From assembly GCA_963703365.1 (NCBI GenBank), contig OY969815.1:1152270-1216269 (forward strand): 64,000 nucleotides of DNA, in the 5' to 3' direction. Of the stretch, positions 27,737-36,554 are shown in pieces. Numbering within the stretch: the first letter of the stretch is position 1; the number at the start of each line of letters is the position of its first letter. The DNA is from an uncultured Bacteroidota bacterium. GTDB lineage: Bacteria > Bacteroidota > Ignavibacteria > Kryptoniales > JAKASW01. The position numbers and the translations under genes are program-made. The notes beneath the pieces are model-generated. The model saw only the letters and a list, made by a program, of their open reading frames with translations. It was not told where the DNA came from and searched no databases.

Positions 27737-29923
27737 ATGATGAGTGACATCGCCGGAGTCAGGTGCGTGCAGCTCTTCAGGCAGGCGGTAATTCAAATAG
27801 TATTTGTTGTAAACGTCGCGCGAATTTCCGAAGCACAGGTTTACACACCGGTTTTTAAAACGATCGACATGCAAGCAACTATAGCGCCACTGGGTCAGAT
27901 GATCTCAGGGAACTTTTCTGGCACATACAAAAGCATCGCGGCAATTTCAAAATCGGAAAAAGCATTATATTTATTTGAACCTGATTCAATGGAGAATTTA
28001 ATTCTCACAAATGTTATCAGTCTTCCAGACACCCCGATCGCAATTGCGAAAGGGAAGGAAGTTTTACTCGACAGCAGCGATCATGAAAAGATTCAGTCAA
28101 AGATTGCCGTGCTCATGAAACCGCACTTCGTCGCATTGGTGTCGTTTGGAAAGGATGGACGACCGGTTGTATCTCAGGAAGTTTCCATAGACGCATATTG
28201 CAGTGGAGTAGCTGCTTCAGATCTCGAGACGTCCGGCAAAATAGACATAGTCGGATTCGGAAAGTTTACGCTTGGAATTTCCGAAGCGAAGAATGCTGGT
28301 GCAGGAGAATTTCAAGAAGCGCGTATAATGCAAGGTCCTCTCGGGAGCATTCCTTTCAGTGATATTGCGTTTACGGATTTCAATGGAGACCTTGTTCCGG
28401 ACATTGCAGCACTCGACTGGGTAAATCACAAGCTCTTAATCTTTTATGGAAGGGGAGATGGATCGTTCGCGCAGCCGGTGCCATTCCTCTTGAGAGCGGA
28501 ACCTTCGACGCTTTCAGTTGCCGACCTTGACGATAACGGTTATCCGGACATTCTGGTAGGATATACCCGCCTCGCCCAGATTGATATCTATGGTGGTGAT
28601 GGGTTCGGCAGATTTTACGTGCGACAAACCTTGAAGACGCTTGGTCCCATCTCGCAATTTGCAATAGCAGATTTCACGGGAAATGGTACAACAGATATTG
28701 CGGCTCTTAGCAGCGACACAAAGGAAATTACGCTGTTTTCGCACGATTCGTCGGCGAAACATTTTCATTATGCTGGAGCGGTGGGTATTGGAGCGAATTA
28801 CGAAAATATTGTTCCTTTCTGTTTTCCAAATCGGGTTCATGCCGACCTTGTGGCTTCAAGTCCAATTGAAAATTTCATGAAGGTATTCAAGACTGCATCT
28901 CTTTTCAATAAAAGTCCTGATGTAGCGATGCCGGTTTGTGCCGATCCGGTTTGGATTTCCGTTTGTGGAGATGACAGTTCAAATTATTTGGTCGTCGGAA
29001 ATTCTCGCGGAAGGATCATGGCAGCTCGTTACGAAGGTCGCAGTCCTGCGGATTCCGCAATCGCAAACGACTGGCAATCGCAAGGTATACCTGCAGCAAA
29101 GCCTTCATCGTCCGTAGGTATTCATAACTCATCAATTTTGATTCCGAATAGACAACCTGGCCTGTTGCTTTCTTATAGCAATGCCGATATGCTGAGCTTA
29201 TATGAAATATCTGAATTTGAGAAAGGTATCATGGAACGAACGGTCAGAACTGCATTCCTGCCATTTGCCGTTAACGGCGCAGTCGAAAATGACTCTGCGA
29301 TCATAGTAACAGCCTACAGGATTCATCCTGACAGTGCAATCGGCATTTCATATTTTAACTCCATGAAAGGAGAATTTATCGAGCACGATTATGAAGTTAA
29401 CGAAAATATTGCCTACATGAATTCTGCGGTCGGGATCCATCCATATCCTTCGTTCTTCAGGTTATGGAAAAGCGGGGAGGATAGCTTGACGTTTGCTTAC
29501 ACTAATCTTAAAGATGGAAAAACCACTTTAATCCCCATGGAGGGTTCTGAAGGTGAATTGGTGAATAGTTCTTCTACTCCAATGCTCCTTCTGGAGAACC
29601 ATGATACACTAAGCGTCTTTGAAACAATGTTTACGAAGCCTAAACTTCTTGAGTTGCATCAGGTTTACGTGATTCCGTTTAACGATTCTGATTTCAAGAG
29701 CATCAACTTCGCGTCCATAGATTCGACTCTTTATATGGCATTCTTTAGTCATAGCAAAAGAGAAATCTTTCTTTTGGCTGCTAACATGAATAACGGCTTT
29801 GTAAGACTGATTAAATCCTGGCACGTTGAGACCGAACCAGATGATATGGCAATATCGCCATCCACAGACAGAATTTTCTTTCTCAATCGTTCTGAATCCT
29901 ATGTCACGGTCAGTAGCTTTTAA
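27737..29923 (+). CDS. FG-GAP/VCBS-repeat protein, exported
   Basis: Repeated FTDFNGDLVPDIAALD, VADLDDNGYPDILVG and IADFTGNGTTDIAAL motifs (integrin-alpha-type FG-GAP calcium loops). 728 aa. Confidence 0.65.
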   Translation: MMSDIAGVRCVQLFRQAVIQIVFVVNVARISEAQVYTPVFKTIDMQATIAPLGQMISGNFSGTYKSIAAISKSEKALYLFEPDSMENLILTNVISLPDTPIAIAKGKEVLLDSSDHEKIQSKIAVLMKPHFVALVSFGKDGRPVVSQEVSIDAYCSGVAASDLETSGKIDIVGFGKFTLGISEAKNAGAGEFQEARIMQGPLGSIPFSDIAFTDFNGDLVPDIAALDWVNHKLLIFYGRGDGSFAQPVPFLLRAEPSTLSVADLDDNGYPDILVGYTRLAQIDIYGGDGFGRFYVRQTLKTLGPISQFAIADFTGNGTTDIAALSSDTKEITLFSHDSSAKHFHYAGAVGIGANYENIVPFCFPNRVHADLVASSPIENFMKVFKTASLFNKSPDVAMPVCADPVWISVCGDDSSNYLVVGNSRGRIMAARYEGRSPADSAIANDWQSQGIPAAKPSSSVGIHNSSILIPNRQPGLLLSYSNADMLSLYEISEFEKGIMERTVRTAFLPFAVNGAVENDSAIIVTAYRIHPDSAIGISYFNSMKGEFIEHDYEVNENIAYMNSAVGIHPYPSFFRLWKSGEDSLTFAYTNLKDGKTTLIPMEGSEGELVNSSSTPMLLLENHDTLSVFETMFTKPKLLELHQVYVIPFNDSDFKSINFASIDSTLYMAFFSHSKREIFLLAANMNNGFVRLIKSWHVETEPDDMAISPSTDRIFFLNRSESYVTVSSF

Positions 29924-31610
29924 ATTCGCACTCGCTGTTTTCTCTGCTTTTCTCTTTGCATCACGAACGAATGCGTCTGATCGTCAAAAAGAAATTAATA
30001 GACTCTTTGAATCGTATAATGTCAAGTACCATGACAAATGCGGGTTTCACATTATCGCTGACTATTACGGAACTCCGGGCGATAAATTTAACATTAAGAG
30101 CATTTTGCAATTCAGGCCGGTCAACGATACGAGCATCGTTAGCCAATCCGGCAAATTCAGAATTCACTTCGATACTACCGAAGCGGATAGTAATCAACCA
30201 TTTTTATATGATTCAAACGGGCAGGTGATTCCAGGAAGCACCATGACTTTTGTTGATTCGGTTGCGAAAATTTGTGATTACGTTTATCAAGTCGAAGTTG
30301 ATTCACTCGGTTTTCCTCCTCCGCCATCGGACAGCGGAGCAGGCGGCGGTAACGAATACGACATATACGTTCAGTCTCTGCCTACCGGTGAGTATAGCTA
30401 TACGGACTATGACCCTTCCCAGCCGATAATTAACCGTGTGAATCCAACATATGCGGCATGGACTGTGATAAGAAACGAGTTTCAGTCAACTTACACTCGT
30501 GGCATACCGGCGATTGAGGTCACGATTGCTCACGAGTTTCATCACGGGATTCTGATCGGCAATTACGGCCTGTGGCAGAACGACCTTTGGTTTTATGAGC
30601 TTACTTCAACATGGATGGAGCAGGTCGTCTATCCTGAAGTTAATGACTATTATCAGTATCTGAGCACCTTTTTTGATAACGTGGATCGGCCTTTCAATCT
30701 TTATGAGCCAGATTATGCCGGCTATGAACGGTGCGTCTTCGGAATATTTGTCCAAAATGAATACAAAGAATATGGTGGTGTACAAGTGATGAAAGGAATC
30801 TGGCAGAACATGGCACGAGAGGCTGTAATTCCAGCCATCGAAGATGAATTTAAATCGATCGGTGTTGATCCATCTTATGCATTCCAATTGTTTTCGCAAT
30901 GGAATTATTTCACAAGTTACAGATCCCAATTCGCTTCACAGTATAATGTCTCGACATATCCTCGCGCCTCTGATTATCCACTGGTCAAGATCAGCGGCTT
31001 CGATAATCTGACAAGCAGCGGAGTCGATTTCTCCACAACAGCTTTGAGTTTGACCGAACATTTTTACCAAATAGATGCGGGTACAGACACAATTGGAGTG
31101 GCGGTTGTGAACGATAATTTTTCTGCCGCCGCAAATTATGATACCACAAGTTACCCAAATTATGATACCACAAGTTATCCATTCTCCGTCGGAATTTCTC
31201 TCGGTGGATCAAATTGCCTAAGGGAGTTGACAAACGGTTACTGCATTTTTTTTGTGACCGCCGATTACACAAATTGGAGACTTGTCCCATGCATTACGAG
31301 TGAAAATCTTGCCGCAAAAAACGATGCCGTTTATCCACAGCCATTTAATCCATCGTTGCAACAAGAGCTGAAAATTCCATATCCTTTTTCAGATGAAAAC
31401 AGTCCAAGTCTTTCAATTTTAAAGATTTCCGGCGAATTAGTTAGCAAGCTTGATGGTGATAATAATATCGCTCAATATCTCGGGGGAAAATATTTCGTTT
31501 GGAATGGGAAGGACAGAAATGGCAAGACCGTATCGAGCGGAATTTATATTTATGTGGTAACGGACGGTGTCAAAAGTGCAGTCGGAAAAATAGCTGTGGT
31601 GAAGAATTGA
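29901..31610 (+). CDS. putative secreted HExxH metalloprotease with T9SS-type C-terminal domain
   Basis: ATG 29901 gives the signal peptide MSRSVAFKFALAVFSAFLFASRTNA. It has an IAHEFHHGI zinc motif and the C-terminus VYPQPFNP...GKYFVWNGKDRNGKTVSSGIYIYVV..GKIAVVKN. It overlaps the upstream gene by 23 nt. Confidence 0.6.
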   Translation: MSRSVAFKFALAVFSAFLFASRTNASDRQKEINRLFESYNVKYHDKCGFHIIADYYGTPGDKFNIKSILQFRPVNDTSIVSQSGKFRIHFDTTEADSNQPFLYDSNGQVIPGSTMTFVDSVAKICDYVYQVEVDSLGFPPPPSDSGAGGGNEYDIYVQSLPTGEYSYTDYDPSQPIINRVNPTYAAWTVIRNEFQSTYTRGIPAIEVTIAHEFHHGILIGNYGLWQNDLWFYELTSTWMEQVVYPEVNDYYQYLSTFFDNVDRPFNLYEPDYAGYERCVFGIFVQNEYKEYGGVQVMKGIWQNMAREAVIPAIEDEFKSIGVDPSYAFQLFSQWNYFTSYRSQFASQYNVSTYPRASDYPLVKISGFDNLTSSGVDFSTTALSLTEHFYQIDAGTDTIGVAVVNDNFSAAANYDTTSYPNYDTTSYPFSVGISLGGSNCLRELTNGYCIFFVTADYTNWRLVPCITSENLAAKNDAVYPQPFNPSLQQELKIPYPFSDENSPSLSILKISGELVSKLDGDNNIAQYLGGKYFVWNGKDRNGKTVSSGIYIYVVTDGVKSAVGKIAVVKN

Positions 31611-32236
31611 TTCTTGCCGGAAAGCAGCTGAAGAAAATTTTCAACCGGCGAGTTGTCTTCAAAGATATTTCTTTCGAAGCAAAGTCAGGCGAAGTTCTTT
31701 CAATCACTGGACCGAATGGCAGTGGAAAATCGACGGCGTCGAAAATCATTTGCGGGGTACTGACGCCGACCTCCGGTGAGATTTCTCTTTCAGATGGAAA
31801 AGGGAGAATAGAGCGAGATGAAATTCATAGATACATCGGGTTCGTTGCGCCGTATTTAGAACTTTATGGGGAATTCACAGCACTTGAAAATCTTCGGATA
31901 GAAATGAGAGCGCGCAAATTGCCAACGGATGCAGAAAAGAAAGCTCTGGAAATTCTTGAGCTTGTTGGTTTGTTTAATAGAAGGAATGACGAGCTCAAAG
32001 GATTTTCGTCTGGAATGAAGCAAAGATTAAAATATGCCGCCGCACTTATTCATGATCCGCAAGTTCTTGTTCTTGACGAACCGATGTCAAACTTAGACGA
32101 TGCAGGGAGAGCCATGGTGTTCTCTGTCATCGGAGAATTTCGGAAAGACAAGATTGTCGTCATAGCAACCAACGACAGCGAAGAGGCTGCACTTGGCGAT
32201 GTGAAGATCGATCTTGGATTGAGAGATGGGAATTAA
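31607..32236 (+). CDS. ABC transporter ATP-binding protein (no adjacent permease)
   Basis: Walker A GPNGSGKST, signature FSSGMKQRL and Walker B VLVLDEP. The likely TTG start at 31607 overlaps the upstream TGA (TTGA). Confidence 0.8.
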   Translation: MILAGKQLKKIFNRRVVFKDISFEAKSGEVLSITGPNGSGKSTASKIICGVLTPTSGEISLSDGKGRIERDEIHRYIGFVAPYLELYGEFTALENLRIEMRARKLPTDAEKKALEILELVGLFNRRNDELKGFSSGMKQRLKYAAALIHDPQVLVLDEPMSNLDDAGRAMVFSVIGEFRKDKIVVIATNDSEEAALGDVKIDLGLRDGN

Positions 32237-32251
32237 TCGATAGGATAGTTA

Positions 32252-34540
32252 ATGATCGAGCAGGCCAAGAAGAGCAAAATAAGACTTACTCTTCCTATAG
32301 AAGGAATGACGTGCGCAAGCTGCGTGCTGCGGGTGGAGAACGCCTTGAAAAATGTTGCAGGCGTTGATCAGGCTGTCGTTAATCTGGCAACAGAATCTGC
32401 GACAGTCGAGATAGAGCCGGCAAGCGTCAATATTGACATCCTGAAAAAAGCTGTTGAGAATGCAGGGTACAAAATTATCGATACTGCCGACGAAGTCGAT
32501 TCGGTAAGAGCTGAGGCAGAAGCCCGAGAAAAGGAATACCGGAATCTCTGGCGAAAATTTAAGGTCGGGGCGATTCTGACCGCACTTATTATGGTCGGGA
32601 GTATGCCGGAAATATTTCCGTTTGTTGTTGTTATTTCCACCGCCATGCGTGACTTCGTATTAATGCTGCTTACAGTCCCGGTTATGGTTTACGTCGGCGG
32701 AAAATTTTTTAACGGCTTCTGGAATGTAACGAAGCATGGAACAGCGGATATGAATACTTTAATTGCCGTCGGGACTTCATCGGCATTTATTTATAGTGCA
32801 GCAGTTACGCTTTTCAACTCACAGCTTCCGGTCTATTTTGATACGAGTGCGGTAATCATTACGCTTATTCTTCTCGGAAAGATTTTAGAGGCAAAGGCAA
32901 AATGGAAATCCTCTGAGGCTGTTAGAAAATTAGTCGCACTTCAGCCGACGACATCTCATTTGGTTCTTGACGGGAAAGAGATTGATGTTCCGCTTACGGT
33001 CGTTCAAGTTGGCAGTGTTTTGAGGGTGAAGCCAGGCGAGAGAATTCCTGTTGACGGGAAGGTGGTTGATGGATTCTCGATGGTTGATGAATCGATGCTG
33101 ACCGGCGAAAGCATCCCTGTCGAGCGAACAAAAGGCGGAAGCGTGCTTGGCGGCACAGTTTGCCTCGATGGTACATTGATGGTTCAGGCAGAGAAGTTGG
33201 GCAAAGATAGTTTTATCGCTCGTGTCGCAAATCTTGTCGAAGAAGCTCAAACATCGAAACCTCCCGTTCAAAGGCTTGTGGACAAAGTGGCGGCTGTTTT
33301 CGTTCCGACGGTCATTGCAATTGCATTGATTTCCACATTGGCGTGGATGTTCTTTGGACCTTCGCCGCATCTTGTTCACTCTCTGATGGCATTTGTCGCG
33401 GTTCTCATAGTTGCTTGTCCTTGCGCGCTCGGTCTTGCGACACCGACGGCAATAATGGTTGGTACCGGCAGAGGTGCAGAAATGGGAATTCTCATAAGGA
33501 GCAGTGAGGCGTTGGAACAGGCTCGCAAGATTACGAGCGTTATCTTCGACAAGACAGGAACGGTCACCGCGGGTGAAATGCGAGTTGTTGAAATTATTAC
33601 ATATAATGGAACAGCCGAAGACGAATTGTTAAGGCTCGCTGCATTAGCTGAAATTCATTCGGAGCATCCTATTGCAAAGGCTGTTGTCGAAGAGGCAAAG
33701 AGTCGTAATTTTAGAGCAGATGCGATTCATGAATCGTCCGCGCTTGAAACCGGAGACCGTTTTAAGAGTTATGCGGGAAAAGGGGTTGAGGTAGAAGTAC
33801 ACGAGCATTCTGGGATCAGCAAGATTATTCGCGCAGGAAAATTGGAATTTGTATGTAATGGTGGTTGGAAATCCCCTAAAGGGGGTTTCGAGGCTAAAGT
33901 TTTGCAGCCAATGCGTGAGTTGACCGCTACGGTTCTTTATGTTTCGGTGGATTCGCAAATAATAGGTGCGATCTTGGTAAGCGATTATTTAAGGAATGAT
34001 GCCACGGATGCATTGCAACAAATTCGAAAACTTGGATTGAAGACTTATCTTTTAACCGGAGACAGCGAAGCCTCGGCTAAACGCATCGCGGAACAAATCG
34101 GCATCGAAAAATATTTTGCGAATGTCTCACCAGAAGGAAAACTTGATGTCATAAAACGCTTGCAGGAAAAGGGGGAAGTTGTCGCGTTTGTCGGCGATGG
34201 AATCAACGACGCTCCTGCATTGACGCAGGCTGACCTTGGAATAGCCATGGCGAGCGGGACCGACATCGCCATCGAAGCGGCGGATATTACTCTTGTTAGA
34301 AACGAGCTTAAGTTGGTTCCGAAGTCCATCGCATTATCGAAATCGACTTTGAGAGTGATCAAGCAAAATCTCTTCTGGGCTTTTTTCTACAATGTTATAC
34401 TTATACCGCTTGCGGCAGGTGCATTATATCCGATAACCGGATTGCAGTTGAATCCCATGATAGCTTCGGCTGCCATGGCGTTAAGTTCTGTAAGTGTTGT
34501 GAGCAATTCTATACGTCTGAAGAGAATAAAAATAGGATGA
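32252..34540 (+). CDS. copA: copper-translocating P1B-type ATPase
   Basis: N-terminal HMA domain GMTCASC, TM CPC motif ([11 protein letters not shown]), phosphorylation site FDKTGTVT, and GDGINDAP. Confidence 0.9.
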   Translation: MIEQAKKSKIRLTLPIEGMTCASCVLRVENALKNVAGVDQAVVNLATESATVEIEPASVNIDILKKAVENAGYKIIDTADEVDSVRAEAEAREKEYRNLWRKFKVGAILTALIMVGSMPEIFPFVVVISTAMRDFVLMLLTVPVMVYVGGKFFNGFWNVTKHGTADMNTLIAVGTSSAFIYSAAVTLFNSQLPVYFDTSAVIITLILLGKILEAKAKWKSSEAVRKLVALQPTTSHLVLDGKEIDVPLTVVQVGSVLRVKPGERIPVDGKVVDGFSMVDESMLTGESIPVERTKGGSVLGGTVCLDGTLMVQAEKLGKDSFIARVANLVEEAQTSKPPVQRLVDKVAAVFVPTVIAIALISTLAWMFFGPSPHLVHSLMAFVAVLIVACPCALGLATPTAIMVGTGRGAEMGILIRSSEALEQARKITSVIFDKTGTVTAGEMRVVEIITYNGTAEDELLRLAALAEIHSEHPIAKAVVEEAKSRNFRADAIHESSALETGDRFKSYAGKGVEVEVHEHSGISKIIRAGKLEFVCNGGWKSPKGGFEAKVLQPMRELTATVLYVSVDSQIIGAILVSDYLRNDATDALQQIRKLGLKTYLLTGDSEASAKRIAEQIGIEKYFANVSPEGKLDVIKRLQEKGEVVAFVGDGINDAPALTQADLGIAMASGTDIAIEAADITLVRNELKLVPKSIALSKSTLRVIKQNLFWAFFYNVILIPLAAGALYPITGLQLNPMIASAAMALSSVSVVSNSIRLKRIKIG

Positions 34541-34600
34541 TTGAACGGCAAAGTAATTCAACCTCTGAGGGTTGCATTCCCAGCCGCTTACGGTGCAGTC

Positions 34601-34674
34601 ATTCCCGCATGCTTTTAGCGGGAATCTATTTGTGGATGCCCGACAGAAACGTTCGGGCATGACACGATATGTCA
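34601..34674. repeat. three consecutive perfect hairpins in the copA-copZ spacer
   Basis: First hairpin: attcccgc(34601-08)/gcgggaat(34618-25). Second: atgcccga(34636-43)/tcgggcat(34653-60). Third: tgaca(34660-64)/tgtca(34670-74). Confidence 0.6.
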
Positions 34675-34711
34675 CGGCTTGCGACAAGGTGATTTATTTA
34701 AGGAGATAATC

Positions 34712-34957
34712 ATGTTTAATATTGGAACGAAAAAGAAGACCCTTAATGTGGAAGGAATGACTTGTCATCATTGCGAGATGACGGTTGAAAAGGCGTTGTC
34801 GGAAATTCCCGGTGTAAAGTCCGCAAAGGCTGACCGTTCAAATAGAAGCGTGGAGGTCGAATACAAGGGCGAGCTTGATATTGATCAGGTGAAGGGAAAG
34901 ATCGAGAAGTCGGGGTACAAGTTCATTTCGTCTGCGCCAGAGGCGCATCAGCCTTAG
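34712..34957 (+). CDS. copZ: heavy-metal-associated copper chaperone
   Basis: GMTCHHCEMTVEKAL HMA motif. ATG 34712 follows AAGGAG, so I prefer it to the upstream alternative start in the track. Confidence 0.85.
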   Translation: MFNIGTKKKTLNVEGMTCHHCEMTVEKALSEIPGVKSAKADRSNRSVEVEYKGELDIDQVKGKIEKSGYKFISSAPEAHQP

Positions 34958-34991
34958 GCTGAGAACAGAGCTAAGAGAGCGGATTGTTATG

Positions 34992-35014
34992 CCGTTCAAT
35001 TATTTATTGAACGG
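34992..35014 (+). terminator. candidate terminator hairpin after copZ
   Basis: ccgttcaa/ttgaacgg form an 8-bp stem with a 7-nt loop, 35 nt after the copZ stop, followed by a T-rich stretch (ccctttgaatatttt). The T-run is imperfect. Confidence 0.45.
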
Positions 35015-35286
35015 GCCCTTTGAATATTTTCACTGTCATAATAGGTAATTCTGCACAAATTTAATGTGTTTCACCAACCACGGATAGAATTTTTGGCGAA
35101 AGTATTTGCTTTTGTCGCGACAGTTTATATATTTTCGCAAGGATGATTGGATCATCTGGACCCGCTTTTTGTACGCGCTGTTTTTGCGATATGGTTATTG
35201 AAGTCAGGTTTTGGGCGGGCGTGTTTCTGAAGCAATTAAGTTAATAAACATAAATACATTTCTACTGTCTATGGTTTCGAGTTGGC

Positions 35287-35386
35287 GAAGCCCGTTCCAC
35301 CTCGGCCGGATCTTCAGCCAGAGGCTGATGCTCCTCCGGCGCAGAAGTAAGAGCAAGTTAGAAAGTTGCGGGAGCCGAGAGGCTTC
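35287..35386. other. GC-rich nested-stem element in a 600-bp non-coding gap (candidate structured RNA; strand unknown)
   Basis: The outer pair gaagcc(35287-92)/ggcttc(35381-86) is stacked on ctcggc(35301-06)/gccgag(35374-79). These enclose hairpin tcagcc-aga-ggctga (35314-28), itself inside cgga/tccg (35307-10/35335-38). The flanks are AT-rich. Confidence 0.25.
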
Positions 35387-35476
35387 CACAAGTGCTTTTG
35401 AAAGTGCGACTAAAAAGGAAAAAAATGTACATATGTACCTTTTTGCAATAGTTAGCCGCAATTCGCTGAAGGGAAA

Positions 35477-36442
35477 TTATGGAATTATCAACCATGTCCC
35501 ATTCTTATAGATCAGTTGCACCTTGGGATAGCCATTTTCACAATAGGAGTTAAACAGATGAAACCAGTGTTTTCCATCGGGACTTATATCTATATCGTAA
35601 TTAGTCTCATCCTCGTGAACACCGGGTTTGCTCAAGTATCCCCAGTAAATCGGGGAATCCGCTCTCCTAATTCGAATTTCAAACACGGAAGTTTTTGCGT
35701 CGCTTTTGTTCGCGGTGACACTATCACGGTTGGCATTGAAAGTAGAATCATGGGCCCCCATGTTGTCCCTGATACAGCTTGCAAAATCTTTGAATCCAAT
35801 GGCGTTATCTTCGCTTCTGTTGGAATCTTCGCGCACTACAGGTTCAATATCCGCGATGAAGCAAAGAGGGACTTGATATTGCCTATCACACTTGAGAAAA
35901 GAGTCCAACGCTTCGATAGCGTCACTTTTAATTGGATGCGTACTTGGGTTGATTCTCTCAGTTACCATGACTTGTTTAGCAACTCGGAAATGGCTCGTAA
36001 CGCTCTGAGCATCCGTGCGCTGTTTGCTACCTTCATAAATGGAAGTCCCATACTTTATAATCGCACCTTCCATCCACGCATGTCTGGCCACCATGTTATT
36101 GTCGATACATCCTTCACTCAAAGTATCGTTACACCAGATGAGTGGGTATGTTCTCCGTTTGAAGGTGATAGCACATATCTCACTGGATATATTGAAGCTC
36201 TTAATAAAACCAATATGATAATAACCGCTACTCCCGAAACAATAATCCGTGCTTTGATTGAGAATCAATCCAAAATGGATAGCATATGGATCGGAGGCCC
36301 TATTGACATCGTTCAACTGACTCGCGATGGAAAAGCACGCTGGATACAACGAAAGGAGAATTGCCATTAACCATCTTCCGCGAACAGCGGCTAACAGGCG
36401 GAAAAAAGACGCGAAGCATTTTATAAATGGATTTCGCTTCAT
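35477..36442 (-). other. 321-codon antisense ORF covering the whole 35558-36370 gene in exact codon register (coding status unresolved)
   Basis: Listed in the ORF track, with ATG at 36442 and no convincing SD. The composition is rich in D/N/S/R/C. See findings. Confidence 0.2.
35558..36370 (+). CDS. secreted protein of unknown function
   Basis: ATG 35558 is preceded by TAGGAG at 7 nt. It has a clear Sec signal (MKPVFSIGTYIYIVISLILVNTGFA/QV), lies in the same orientation as its neighbours, and has globular-looking alternating hydrophobic patterns (GSFCVAFVRGDTITVGIESR, IWIGGPIDIVQLTRDGKARW). I recognise no family. Confidence 0.55.
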   Translation: MKPVFSIGTYIYIVISLILVNTGFAQVSPVNRGIRSPNSNFKHGSFCVAFVRGDTITVGIESRIMGPHVVPDTACKIFESNGVIFASVGIFAHYRFNIRDEAKRDLILPITLEKRVQRFDSVTFNWMRTWVDSLSYHDLFSNSEMARNALSIRALFATFINGSPILYNRTFHPRMSGHHVIVDTSFTQSIVTPDEWVCSPFEGDSTYLTGYIEALNKTNMIITATPETIIRALIENQSKMDSIWIGGPIDIVQLTRDGKARWIQRKENCH

Positions 36443-36554
36443 GGCACGCTCATTTAAATAATGGATGTGCGCGCCACTACTTTTTTCTGCAGTACGTTAG
36501 ACGCGAGGAGTGATAAAACACTATTTGAAAAACAATTAGGATGAAATAACAACT

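Noticed and set aside
29826-29900. 5' extension of the HExxH protein ORF given by the track
   Set aside because: The internal ATG 29901 yields a canonical signal peptide. The extension lies wholly inside the upstream FG-GAP gene.
35287-35386. Possibility that the GC-rich element is SRP RNA, tmRNA, RNase P RNA or a known riboswitch (fluoride, TPP, SAM, NiCo and so on)
   Set aside because: The minus-strand reading CCGGAGGAGCATCAGCC only loosely resembles the SRP domain IV sequence. It lacks the GNRA-capped helix, and no other consensus I know matches. I kept it as an unknown structured candidate only.
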